Shown: positions 43,379 to 52,963 of the stretch, piece after piece | How positions within the stretch are numbered: position 1 is the first letter of the stretch | Layout: each line of letters starts with the position of its first letter | NCBI GenBank assembly: GCA_963666055.2 | Contig: CAXWPH010000015.1 | Location: 2,016,001 to 2,080,000 of the forward strand | Direction: 5' to 3' | Length of the DNA stretch: 64,000 nucleotides | From: Acidobacteriota bacterium | GTDB lineage: Bacteria; Acidobacteriota; UBA890; WLXD01 | Translations under genes and position numbers: made by a program | The notes under the pieces: generated by a model | What the model was told of the DNA's origin: nothing | The model's database searches: none | The model's input: the letters and a program-made list of their open reading frames with translations, nothing else

Positions 43379-45517
43379 TTACCGGTGCGACGCGTCCTCG
43401 TCCGCGGCGTCGGTGGCCGCCGGTGTTTCCTTCGCCGGGCGTTCGGCCGGACTCCAATCTTGCCCGAGAACGTGCTTTTGCATCCAGCGGATCTCCTCGG
43501 CGTCGCGGCGCCGTTGGTGGCGCGGCTCACGGAACCCGTGCGGCTCGCGCGGGAAGCGCAGGTACCGGACGGGCGCTTTGGCGATGTCCTTCAGCGCCGT
43601 GAAGAACATCATGCTCTGTTGCTCGGTATCGGTGCGGTCGTTCATCCCGTGGATGAGCAGTGTCGGCGTAGTCACGTTGGTGGCGTAGGTGAGCGCAGAC
43701 TGGTTACGCCATGCCTCGGGGTTTTCCCAAGGCGTTCCGCCTATGTGCCACAACCGCACGTCGTTGTTGAAGCCGGGCCCGTACTCGGAGGTCCAGTCGT
43801 AGACACCGGCGCCGATGCTGGCCGCCTTGAAGCGATCGGTGTGAGTGATCGTCCAACCGCCGAGGATGCCTCCGTAGCTCCAGCCGCGTACCCCCATACG
43901 CTCCGGATCGACGATTCCCTGCTCAATCAGGGCGTCGACTCCGGTCATCAGGTCCTGAAAATCACCGAAGCCGATGCCATCCCCTCGCTCGAACGTGTTC
44001 CCTTCACGCAGGTAGTCGTCGTAGCAGCACGACCCGCGTACGTTGGGCGATAGCGATGCCCAGCCGAGCCCACCGTAGATGTGGTACATGGCGCGGAAGC
44101 TGTTCGAGAAAGCACCGGCTGGGCCCCCGTGGATGTTGAGCATCAACGGAACCGGCGTGCCGTCGATATGACCGGGCGGCAGATGTAGCAGCCCTTCGAT
44201 CTTCATGCCGTCGCTACTCTCCCACTGAAAGAGCTTCATGTCGGCCAGCGCCAGATCGTCGAGCTGCGGGTTGGCGTCGGTCACCTGCAGGGGCTCGAAA
44301 TTCTCGACCGTTCCGACGAACAGGTCGGTGGGTGAGTCGAAGTCGGTGTAGCCGTATACGAAGTGCCTGCGATCAGCCGAGAACGACAGGCTTCCGACAA
44401 CGCCGTCGAGGTTCGTGATGCGCTCCACATCCCCCGACTCGACATCGAGCCGGAAAATGTTCCAGCGTGTGCCTTCGGTGCCCGCGAAGAGGACGTATCG
44501 ACCATCGGGAGTCCACGCTGGGCTGCGGAGCTCGCCGTCGAAGGAGCCCGAGATCTTGCGGTGCTCGGCGAGCTCCGCGTCCATCAGCCACAGCTTGGTG
44601 TTGCGATTCAGCCAACTACTGTCGTCGGCAGCCACGTAGAGGAACTGCGAGCTGTTGGGTGCCCAGAGAACGCCGCCCTCGGGGGCCTGATTCTCGGTCA
44701 GGCGCGTCTTTTCGCCGCTGGTAAGGTCGAGCAGGAACAGCTCCGTCTTGTCGGCGTCATTGCGTCGATTGACGTAGCGAGCCGCGAGGGCGGCCCACCT
44801 CCCATCCGGAGATGGATCGAAGCTACTGATCAGGAAGCGCTCTTCGGTGAGCTGTTCTTCCTCCCGAGACTTCAGATCGAAGGCCCAGAGGTTCGACCAT
44901 TGGCCGCGGTTCTGGCCGTTGGGCCCCTCGTCGACGAAGATCGCGTCCGCACCCTTGTCGATCTCTTTGCGATCGTCCTCGGGCCGCTCGTCGTCGGCGA
45001 CGAAGAAGATGCGCTTCGAATCGTGCGACCAGAAATAGGTGCCTACGGACGTAGCGTGATCGGTGAGGGCAACCGCTTCCCCGCCGCGGGTGCGCATGAT
45101 GAAGAGCTGTTGTGTGGCGCCACTGCCGCCGGAACCGCCAGCAGCCGGGCCATCGCCGCCCGGAGCGCTGGCTGCCGAGCCATCGCTGCTGCTGCGCTTG
45201 AAGGTCAGGTACTCGCCGTCGGGCGAGAACTTGAAGTCGCTGCCCCCGCCTTCGCCGACATACTGGAACGCCTCGCCGCCAGTCGACGGCACCATGTACA
45301 CCTTGGTCTCGTACTTGTTGTCGTCCCAGGTGAGCGTTCGCTGTGTGTACAGCACCCACTCACCGTCGGGCGACATGATGCCGTTGGCGACATTGACCAG
45401 GTCGAGCGCGTCGTCCACGGTCATCGGGCGCGGTTCATGGGCGGCGTCGGTGTCCTGCGCAGCGGCGCCAGCGGCTGCGAGCAGTACCACGAGTACAGCA
45501 AAGAGAGTCTTGCGCAT
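43379..45517 (-). CDS. S9 family (acylaminoacyl/dipeptidyl) peptidase, exported
   Basis: Signal peptide, SPDG propeller repeats, IHGGP, GWSYGG, D and FPREPHG catalytic motifs. Confidence 0.93.
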   Translation of the reverse strand: MRKTLFAVLVVLLAAAGAAAQDTDAAHEPRPMTVDDALDLVNVANGIMSPDGEWVLYTQRTLTWDDNKYETKVYMVPSTGGEAFQYVGEGGGSDFKFSPDGEYLTFKRSSSDGSAASAPGGDGPAAGGSGGSGATQQLFIMRTRGGEAVALTDHATSVGTYFWSHDSKRIFFVADDERPEDDRKEIDKGADAIFVDEGPNGQNRGQWSNLWAFDLKSREEEQLTEERFLISSFDPSPDGRWAALAARYVNRRNDADKTELFLLDLTSGEKTRLTENQAPEGGVLWAPNSSQFLYVAADDSSWLNRNTKLWLMDAELAEHRKISGSFDGELRSPAWTPDGRYVLFAGTEGTRWNIFRLDVESGDVERITNLDGVVGSLSFSADRRHFVYGYTDFDSPTDLFVGTVENFEPLQVTDANPQLDDLALADMKLFQWESSDGMKIEGLLHLPPGHIDGTPVPLMLNIHGGPAGAFSNSFRAMYHIYGGLGWASLSPNVRGSCCYDDYLREGNTFERGDGIGFGDFQDLMTGVDALIEQGIVDPERMGVRGWSYGGILGGWTITHTDRFKAASIGAGVYDWTSEYGPGFNNDVRLWHIGGTPWENPEAWRNQSALTYATNVTTPTLLIHGMNDRTDTEQQSMMFFTALKDIAKAPVRYLRFPREPHGFREPRHQRRRDAEEIRWMQKHVLGQDWSPAERPAKETPAATDAADEDASHR

Positions 45518-45691
45518 GATCTTGCCGTTGGGTTGAAGTAGAGAGGCTCGACAACGAGCGGTGGCGGACCCAAAGTTATCATCGCGGGGAGGTAAGCTTC
45601 CGGGTCAACCGGTCACAAAATGCGAAACTGTGCGGTCTGAGCAGACGCTCACGGGATGCCGCCGCAGGCTTGAAATAAAGTGAGGGCAGTC

Positions 45692-47413
45692 ATGCAACGA
45701 CGCACATCGACGGGATTGTTGCTTGCGGCGCTGGCGGTACTCGGTACCGGCGGATCGGCTTCCTCCGCTCAGTCGACTGCCGACGTGGTGCTGCGGGGCG
45801 GTAGGGTCGCCACCGTCGACGCCGACTTCAGCTTCGCGGCGGCGATCGCCGTCCGTGGGCACCAGATTCTGGCCACCGGGAGCAACCAGGCGATCACCGC
45901 GTACATCGATACAAACACCGAGGTGATCGAGCTCGACGGACGGCTGGCAATCCCGGGATTCATCGAGGGCCACGGACACTACCTCAGCCTGGGGCGCTCG
46001 AAGATGATCCTCGACCTGACCACGGTGACCTCGTGGCAGGAGATCATCACCATGGTCGAAGCGGCAGCGCGCCTGGTCGATCCGGGGGAATGGATCTTCG
46101 GCCGCGGCTGGCACCAGGAGAAGTGGGACTCGACGCCGACGCCGAATGTCGATGGTGTGCCACTACACGACGGGCTTTCCGAGGTCACGCCGAGCAACCC
46201 GGTCGTTTTAGAGCACGCCAGCGGCCACGCAGCATTCGCGAACGAGCTGGCGATGACGTTGGCGGGCATCGACAGTGCCACGGGCGACCCCGACGGCGGC
46301 ACGATTGTGCGCGACGCTCAGGGCCGCGCCACCGGGTTGCTGCGAGAACGAGCTCAAGGACTAGTGAACGGTGTCTCGCGAGCGGCCGATGCGGAGCGCA
46401 CCGATGCCGAACGCGAGGCGGAGTTCCGCCGCCAGGTAGAGCTAGCCGGCGCCGAAGCGCTTAGCAACGGGGTAACCAGCTTCCACGACGCCGGCGCCGG
46501 GTTTGCCTCCATCGATCGCTTCAGGGCCATGGCGGCCGCCGGCCACCTACCGGTCCGTCTTTACGTGATGGTGCGCGGCCACTCCAACGAGGAGATGGAT
46601 CGGATGCTGCCGCAGTACCGGATCATCCCCGAGGGCAACGACTTCCTTGCGGTGCGCTCCATCAAGCGCCAGATCGACGGGGCGCTCGGCTCTCACGGCG
46701 CCTGGTTGCTAGAGAACTACGTGGACATGGACAGCCCCGGCTTGGTGCTGGAGCCGGTGGAGGATATCGAAGGCACGGCGGTGGTCGCTGCCAAGCATGG
46801 CTTTCAGGTGAACACACACGCCATCGGCGACCGTGCGAATCGCGAGGTCCTCGACCTATACGCGCGCACTTTCGAGGCGGCCGGCGTCGATGGACACGAG
46901 CTGCGGTGGCGCATCGAGCACGCGCAGCATATTCACCCCGATGACGTGCCGCGCTTCGGCAACCTCGGCATCATCGCCGCTATGCAAGGCGTGCACTGTA
47001 CCTCTGACGCGCCATGGATTCCGCTGCGGTTGGGTGACGAGCGCGCCGAGACGGAGACCTACGTGTGGCGCGACCTGATCGACTCCGGCGCCGTTGTCAC
47101 CAACGGCAGCGACGTGCCGGTCGAGCGCATTGATCCGATCGCCAGCTACTACGCGTCGGTAACCCGCATCACCGCCGACGGCACGGCCTTCTACCCGGCA
47201 CAGCGGATGACGCGCGAGGAGGCGCTGCGGTCGTACACGATCAACAATGCCTACGCCGCCTTCGAAGAGCACCTGAAGGGGTCGCTCGAGCCTGGCAAGC
47301 TGGCCGACATCACCGTCCTGTCGCAGGATATTCTGGAAGTTCCGGCGGATCGGATCCTCGCTACCCGCGTCGACCTGACCATCCTGGGCGGCGAGGTGCG
47401 CTATCGACGCTAA
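45692..47413 (+). CDS. Amidohydrolase 3 (YtcJ-like), exported
   Basis: PGFIEGHGH, DGALGS, HAIGDRAN, RIEHAQ, GSDVP, GSLEPGKLAD. Confidence 0.92.
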   Translation: MQRRTSTGLLLAALAVLGTGGSASSAQSTADVVLRGGRVATVDADFSFAAAIAVRGHQILATGSNQAITAYIDTNTEVIELDGRLAIPGFIEGHGHYLSLGRSKMILDLTTVTSWQEIITMVEAAARLVDPGEWIFGRGWHQEKWDSTPTPNVDGVPLHDGLSEVTPSNPVVLEHASGHAAFANELAMTLAGIDSATGDPDGGTIVRDAQGRATGLLRERAQGLVNGVSRAADAERTDAEREAEFRRQVELAGAEALSNGVTSFHDAGAGFASIDRFRAMAAAGHLPVRLYVMVRGHSNEEMDRMLPQYRIIPEGNDFLAVRSIKRQIDGALGSHGAWLLENYVDMDSPGLVLEPVEDIEGTAVVAAKHGFQVNTHAIGDRANREVLDLYARTFEAAGVDGHELRWRIEHAQHIHPDDVPRFGNLGIIAAMQGVHCTSDAPWIPLRLGDERAETETYVWRDLIDSGAVVTNGSDVPVERIDPIASYYASVTRITADGTAFYPAQRMTREEALRSYTINNAYAAFEEHLKGSLEPGKLADITVLSQDILEVPADRILATRVDLTILGGEVRYRR

Positions 47414-47427
47414 CGGCCATACATCCA

Positions 47428-47489
47428 CCACCGCCTTAGCCTCCCCACCGGCGCTCAGGCCAGGGGGTGGGATATCGCTCTGGCGGTGG
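47428..47489. terminator. Stem-loop between convergent genes (possible bidirectional terminator)
   Basis: CCACCGCC...GGCGGTGG outer stem with an inner CCCCACC/GGTGGG pairing; no clear U-tract. Confidence 0.4.
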
Positions 47490-47494
47490 GCTGC

Positions 47495-47929
47495 TCACTG
47501 CTCGGGTGCGCGGCGCGATGACCAATGCACATGGATGATCTGCCATCCGGCATCACGCCGCTGCAGCACCATCGTCTCTACGCCAAGCGAGTCGATCTGG
47601 CGCTCGCGGAGGGCACCGGTGGTTCGCGACCGGGTCAGCACGTAGGCAAGTTCACCGCTGATGACGGACGACTGCTCGAGGATCTCGTGGTCGGTGGCGG
47701 CGGCGAACTGGAGGTCGCCACCGAGGTGATGAGAAGCGTATTCGTCGCGAGACATCTCCGCTCCGCCCGACTCGAAGATGACTACATCAGAAGCCAACTG
47801 TGCCAGCACCGCATCCCCATCGCCGTTCGCCATGGCAGCGTGCAGAGCGTTTACGACCTCGGCGGGTGCCAGCGCCGCTTGCGGTGCGAACACTGGCGCT
47901 ATCAGCAGCATCACGGACATTCGATTCAC
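47495..47929 (-). CDS. NTF2-like (SnoaL/DUF4440) exported protein
   Basis: GTG after AGGAGG; signal peptide; FESGG, YASHHL, ETMVL, WQIIHVHWSSR. Confidence 0.8.
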   Translation of the reverse strand: MNRMSVMLLIAPVFAPQAALAPAEVVNALHAAMANGDGDAVLAQLASDVVIFESGGAEMSRDEYASHHLGGDLQFAAATDHEILEQSSVISGELAYVLTRSRTTGALRERQIDSLGVETMVLQRRDAGWQIIHVHWSSRRAPEQ

Positions 47930-48075
47930 GCGCGCCCTCCTTTTCTGCAGCCGTTGCGACGGGACGTTGCCGTTGCCGGGTGCTCCCAGTTGACTCTTCG
48001 ACACGCTGCGAGTGACGATGCGCGTATCCTGACCAGCTTATCCGCGTATTCCGGCCAGCATATCGAGGAACAGTT

Positions 48076-49362
48076 GTGAGAGTTGCCATATCCAAGTGCG
48101 GGCGCACGGCAGGCTTTGGCCTGGCTGCGATGATTTTGGTCGCCACGGCGGGGTGCGCCGTATCATCCGGTAACTCGGGCGATGTTGTTCTGGTGCTCGA
48201 GGCGCCACGATCTCTGGCGGTTCCGGAAGTGCTTCCCGGGAGCGGCGAGGCGAATCTCTTCGCCGCTGACGGACAGCTGCATATGAGCTGGCTGGAGCCG
48301 GGGCCGGACGACGAGTGGGCGTTGCGTTTCTCGACGCTGACCGGCGAGTCATGGTCGCAAGCGCGTACGGTGGCGAGCAGCCGGGGCTTCTTCGTCAACT
48401 GGGCCGACTTCCCCTCGGTCATTGCGACGCCGGGTGGAGGATTGGTGGCTCACTGGCTGGAGCGCAGCGGTGAGGGGACCTATGCATACGACGTGCGGCT
48501 GAGTCGCTCGCGGGATGGCGGCGTGACTTGGTCGGAGTCGTTCCGCCCGCACGACGACGGCACCCAGACCGAGCATGGCTTCGTTTCTCTGGTCCCGGAG
48601 TCAGACAGTGGCTTCACGGCGGTCTGGCTCGATGGCCGCAACTCTGCGTCAGCTTCCGACCCCTCCGACGCGGAGATGACGCTGCGGTCACGCCGTTACG
48701 GCGGTGATGGCCAGGCGGCTGCCGAACAACTGCTCGATGCACGGATCTGCGATTGTTGCCAAACCTCGGCAGCGTTCGTAGGCGACACGCTCATGGTCGC
48801 CTATCGCGACCGTTCCTCCGAGGAGATTCGTGACGTCCTCGTAGTCACGCGTGATTCGAGTGGCTGGAGCGAGCCAGTCGCCGTCGGCGACGACCAGTGG
48901 ATGATCCCCGGCTGTCCGGTCAACGGGCCCTCGGTAGCTGCGCAAGGCGATCTGGGGGCCGTCGCATGGTTCGGGCTGGTTGCCGGCACACCGGAAGTGA
49001 AGGTGGCCTTCACCGACGACTATGGAACGAGCTTCAGTCCGCCGGTGCTAGTGGAGCGCGGCACGACCGAAGCGGCCACGCTTGGCCGTGTCGATCTGGA
49101 GTGGATCAGTACCGATACCGTTCTGGTCTCGTGGCTCACTGCCCTCGGTGCCGCCGCCGAGATCCGTTATCGAACCGTCGAACTCGACGGTGGGATGGGG
49201 GCCGTCAAGGTGCTTGCCAAGACCAGCCCCAGCCGGTCCAGTGGTTTCCCGAGAATGGCTCGAGCAGGCGAGCGCGTGGTCTTCGTGTGGAGGCAACTGG
49301 ACGAGCCAGCGATGCTTCAGATGGCCACCGTTGCTCTGCGTTCACCAGCCCTTGGTGACTAA
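48076..49362 (+). CDS. BNR/sialidase-like beta-propeller lipoprotein with a CDCC motif
   Basis: TAGC lipobox; SRDGGVTWS and TDDYGTSFS Asp-boxes; FFVNWADFP, ICDCCQT, GCPVNGP. Confidence 0.85.
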   Translation: MRVAISKCGRTAGFGLAAMILVATAGCAVSSGNSGDVVLVLEAPRSLAVPEVLPGSGEANLFAADGQLHMSWLEPGPDDEWALRFSTLTGESWSQARTVASSRGFFVNWADFPSVIATPGGGLVAHWLERSGEGTYAYDVRLSRSRDGGVTWSESFRPHDDGTQTEHGFVSLVPESDSGFTAVWLDGRNSASASDPSDAEMTLRSRRYGGDGQAAAEQLLDARICDCCQTSAAFVGDTLMVAYRDRSSEEIRDVLVVTRDSSGWSEPVAVGDDQWMIPGCPVNGPSVAAQGDLGAVAWFGLVAGTPEVKVAFTDDYGTSFSPPVLVERGTTEAATLGRVDLEWISTDTVLVSWLTALGAAAEIRYRTVELDGGMGAVKVLAKTSPSRSSGFPRMARAGERVVFVWRQLDEPAMLQMATVALRSPALGD

Positions 49363-49510
49363 TGCTGCTGATCGTAAGCACGGTGAGGTTTTGAGGCGAG
49401 CGCCACGGGAGACCCGCATCTCGCTTCTGCAATCGTCACCGCACCTGCGATCAGCATCCTGCAAGCTGTCGACTTGCCGGCCGCCACGCCAAAGGGCGAC
49501 AATCAACACC

Positions 49511-49897
49511 ATGCTCCGGCTCCTGGTTATCGCAGCAATTTCTCTGGCACCGGGCGCGACCGCATCATCCCCATGCTTGATGGGCGTATCGGATGATGGG
49601 GATCGGTCTCGGATACACTCGCATCGCGAGTCTGGCGTGATCCACCATTCGAGCCAGCAGAGCATCGTGGCGGACACCAACGCTGCAGCGGTCGGGGATG
49701 TTAGCCGGTCTCCCGAGAGTGAAGATCACGGACATTCCGGAGTCGGGGCCTGTGTGGCCGACTGTGCTACACACTTCCAGATCCCGACGGTGGACGCGAT
49801 TGCACCTACCATCGCGAGCAGCGCCAGGACGCTGCTCGCGTCGGCGACAGCACCCAGCGCGCCCACGACGGCGATCGAGCATGTGCCGCTCATCTGA
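49511..49897 (+). CDS. Small His/Cys-rich exported or leader protein (DUF2946/CopL-like)
   Basis: Hydrophobic N-terminus, HSH, HH, HGH, CVADC, Ala/Pro-rich spacer, C-terminal IEHVPL; directly upstream of the copper oxidase. Confidence 0.55.
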   Translation: MLRLLVIAAISLAPGATASSPCLMGVSDDGDRSRIHSHRESGVIHHSSQQSIVADTNAAAVGDVSRSPESEDHGHSGVGACVADCATHFQIPTVDAIAPTIASSARTLLASATAPSAPTTAIEHVPLI

Positions 49898-50068
49898 GCG
49901 TCGGCTCTCTGCAGCTCGGATCGACTAGCGGATAGGCGCGGGCGACGACCGCGCCACCCCCGGGCTCATCTGGACCGACCAGTTCTCCAGGTCAATCGTC
50001 GGCCGTCAGTTTTTCCGGCTTCCGTCCGTCCGTTCTCCCGCCTGGCTCAGGCCAAGACGAGTACCGAC

Positions 50069-51514
50069 ATGACCGAACACAATCGCCGATCGTTCATCGC
50101 AGGCGGGGCGCTCTCCGCAGCTGGAGTGCTCTCTGCCCGCCAGGCTCTCGGTAGACCCGAGAATCCGACCACAACGGGGCCGCTCGCAGGTTTGCGCGCT
50201 GACCTCGGCCCCCCCCGATCCAATGATCTCGAGCTATCTACTCGCGTGCACTCGCCAGACGTTGGCAAGTTGCCGTTCATACGCGAAGGCGACGTGAAGG
50301 TCTTCCGCATGGTCGCCGAGGTGTGCCAGCGATCGTTTCTTCCAGGCTGGCGCTTCGACACCTGGGGCTACAACGGCTCAACGCCCGGACCGACGATCGA
50401 GGTCGACGAAGGCGATCGGTTGCGCATCGTGGTGGAGAATCGACTCCCCGAGATCACCTCGATGCACTGGCATGGTCTCGAGGTTCCGATCGACATGGAC
50501 GGCGTTCCGGGGGTGACCCAGGATCCGATCGCTCCGGGCGAGACGTTTATCTACGAGTTCGAGGTGCACCAACACGGCACCTTCTTCTACCACTCGCACA
50601 TGGCCATGCAGGAGATGATGGGCATGGTGGGGCTGTTCATCATCCACCCGCGGCAGCCGTACGCTCCCCCCGTGGATCGCGATTTCGGCTTCGTCCTGCA
50701 GGAGTGGGCGATTCTCCCCGACAACTCCGTGCCGAACTCGCTTGCCATGGAGTTCAACTGGCTGACCCTGAACGGGCGCTCCGGGCCGCATACCACCCCG
50801 CTGATCGTTCGCCGGGGGGACCGGGTGCGGCTCCGCTTCGTCAACCTGGGCATGGACCATCATCCGATGCACCTGCACGGACACACCTGGGTTACGACCG
50901 GCACCGAGGGCGGGCGGATTCCAGAGACCGCATGGATACCAGGCAACACCGAGCTCGTCGGGGTGGCGCAGGCGCGTGACGTGGAATTCGTCGCCGACAA
51001 CCCCGGCGACTGGATGCTTCACTGCCACCTGCCGCACCACATGATGAACCACATGGTGTCGATGGTCGGTCCTATGCGTGCGATGGGTGGAATGGCGCCG
51101 GGCGGCGACATGGACGCTGGAATGGGCATCTCGGGCGGGGCGGCGTTATCGGCGGAGAACGGCCCCTCGATGGGCCGCGCTATCGGGCTCGGCGCCATGC
51201 GTGATCGCCCGGTCAACAACCTGCCGATGCACCGCGGTGCGCAGGGGCGTTCGGTGCCGGAGATGCAGCATGGCGCCAGCACCGCGGATGCCGGTCAGGT
51301 GCCCGGCTTCCCGCAGGACCACTTCATGGCCATGGATGCGATGGTCGCCAAGCCCGAGACCCATGGCATGCGGCCGACTTGGTCCGGGGGCTCGATGGGC
51401 ATGATGACGATCCTCCGGGTTCTCGAGGCCGATCTCTACGACGAGGTCGAGGCGTTGCGGACGCGGGCCGACCGGGCTTCCGGCCCGCACTCGCTGCACG
51501 GAGGCTCACGATGA
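50069..51514 (+). CDS. Tat-exported two-domain multicopper oxidase with a Met-rich tail
   Basis: NRRSFI Tat motif; HWHG, YHSH, HPMHLHGH, HCHLPHHM. Confidence 0.93.
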   Translation: MTEHNRRSFIAGGALSAAGVLSARQALGRPENPTTTGPLAGLRADLGPPRSNDLELSTRVHSPDVGKLPFIREGDVKVFRMVAEVCQRSFLPGWRFDTWGYNGSTPGPTIEVDEGDRLRIVVENRLPEITSMHWHGLEVPIDMDGVPGVTQDPIAPGETFIYEFEVHQHGTFFYHSHMAMQEMMGMVGLFIIHPRQPYAPPVDRDFGFVLQEWAILPDNSVPNSLAMEFNWLTLNGRSGPHTTPLIVRRGDRVRLRFVNLGMDHHPMHLHGHTWVTTGTEGGRIPETAWIPGNTELVGVAQARDVEFVADNPGDWMLHCHLPHHMMNHMVSMVGPMRAMGGMAPGGDMDAGMGISGGAALSAENGPSMGRAIGLGAMRDRPVNNLPMHRGAQGRSVPEMQHGASTADAGQVPGFPQDHFMAMDAMVAKPETHGMRPTWSGGSMGMMTILRVLEADLYDEVEALRTRADRASGPHSLHGGSR

Positions 51515-52923
51515 GCGGCTGGTCGAGGCGTTTCACTGCCGCAGCGTTTGTCTGCGTCGCGTCGCAGAGCTTTCTCGTCAGCCCGGTGGCGGCCCAACAA
51601 GTCTCGCAATCAGGCGAACGGGTCGATGGGGTGTCGGCCAGACAGGCCGCCAGCAGGTCGGAGCGCGCTAGCGTCCAGGTGTTCAGCCTCGAGCGCCTCG
51701 AAGAGCTGGCGGCGGCCAACAACCCGACGCTCGTACAGGCGAAGGCCGGCATCGCTGCTGCCATCGGGCACCGCGACCAGGCGGGTCGCTATCCCAACCC
51801 ACAGATCGCATACGTCGGTGAGGAGATCTCGTTCAAGCGTCCGGGCGACGGCAGCCAGCACATGCTGCTTCTCGAGCAACCTATCCTGCTCGGAGGGAAG
51901 CGCCGCTATCGCATCGAGCTGGCAGCCCGCTCGGAGGATCAGGCCCGCATCGAGGCCGAGGCGCAACTGCAGCGGGTGCTAACCGATGTGCGGTTGCTCT
52001 TCTACCGCGTGCTTGCAGCCGACGAGCTCCTGCGGCTCCGTGGTCAGCTGGCCGACATCGCCACCGAAGCGGTCGAGATCACCCGCCAGCTGGTCAACGT
52101 TGGCGCCGCCGCGCGGCCGGATCTTCTCGAATCGACCGTCGAGGCACGCCGCGCCACCGTCGCGCTGTTTCGGGCGCGGACCCAGGTCGCGGCAGCACGG
52201 CGGCGGCTTGCGGCCGTCGTCGGACACCAGGAGGTGGAGATCGGGCGACTCGAGGGAGCCTTGGCGCACGAGGCCCCCGAGCTTACCTACGAGAGCGTCC
52301 TCGCCGATCTCTACAACCGCAGCCCGGAGCTGGCGTTCGCGCGTATGGAGATCCTTCGCGCCGAGGCTCTGGTGCGCAGTGCGCAGGCCGAGGGCAAGCC
52401 AGACCTGTCCTTGATGGCGGGCGTTGGCTGGAACACCGACCGCTTCGAAGCCGGCCTCGAGATGCGGGGATGGCAGGGTCAGGTCGGTATCAGCCTCGAG
52501 CTGCCAGTCTCCGATCGCAACCAGGGCGAGATTGCCGCGGCGTTGGCGTTCAAGGATTTCGCCGCTTCCGCACTGCGCCGAATCGAGCTGTCAATTCGCT
52601 CCAGGGTGGCGAGTGTGTTCGCCGACTACGACAATGCCCGTACCGTCGTCCAGGTGTACCAGGCCGAGATCATCCCTACCGCCGCGGAGGCGCATGCCTT
52701 GTACCGCAGCAGCTACGAGCGCATGGCGGCTTCGTATCCACAGGTGCTGATCGCCCAGCGCAGCCTTTTCGAGGCACGCGCCGAGCATGTCGAGGGGCTG
52801 GACGCACTTTGGCACGCGGCGGTGACGATGCAGGGTCTTCTGCTGACGGACGGGCTTTCGGAGCCCGGAACGATCAGCGCGCCGGCGATGACGACCCCAG
52901 CTGGTGTAGGCCACGAACAATGA
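51511..52923 (+). CDS. TolC/CzcC-family outer-membrane efflux protein
   Basis: NNPTL, YPNP, EQPILLGGKR, LPVSDRNQG; ATGA-coupled to the oxidase. Confidence 0.9.
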   Translation: MSGWSRRFTAAAFVCVASQSFLVSPVAAQQVSQSGERVDGVSARQAASRSERASVQVFSLERLEELAAANNPTLVQAKAGIAAAIGHRDQAGRYPNPQIAYVGEEISFKRPGDGSQHMLLLEQPILLGGKRRYRIELAARSEDQARIEAEAQLQRVLTDVRLLFYRVLAADELLRLRGQLADIATEAVEITRQLVNVGAAARPDLLESTVEARRATVALFRARTQVAAARRRLAAVVGHQEVEIGRLEGALAHEAPELTYESVLADLYNRSPELAFARMEILRAEALVRSAQAEGKPDLSLMAGVGWNTDRFEAGLEMRGWQGQVGISLELPVSDRNQGEIAAALAFKDFAASALRRIELSIRSRVASVFADYDNARTVVQVYQAEIIPTAAEAHALYRSSYERMAASYPQVLIAQRSLFEARAEHVEGLDALWHAAVTMQGLLLTDGLSEPGTISAPAMTTPAGVGHEQ

Positions 52924-52963
52924 AGAAACGGGTCCAGCGTCGTGGCACGAGGCTTCGGGGCCC

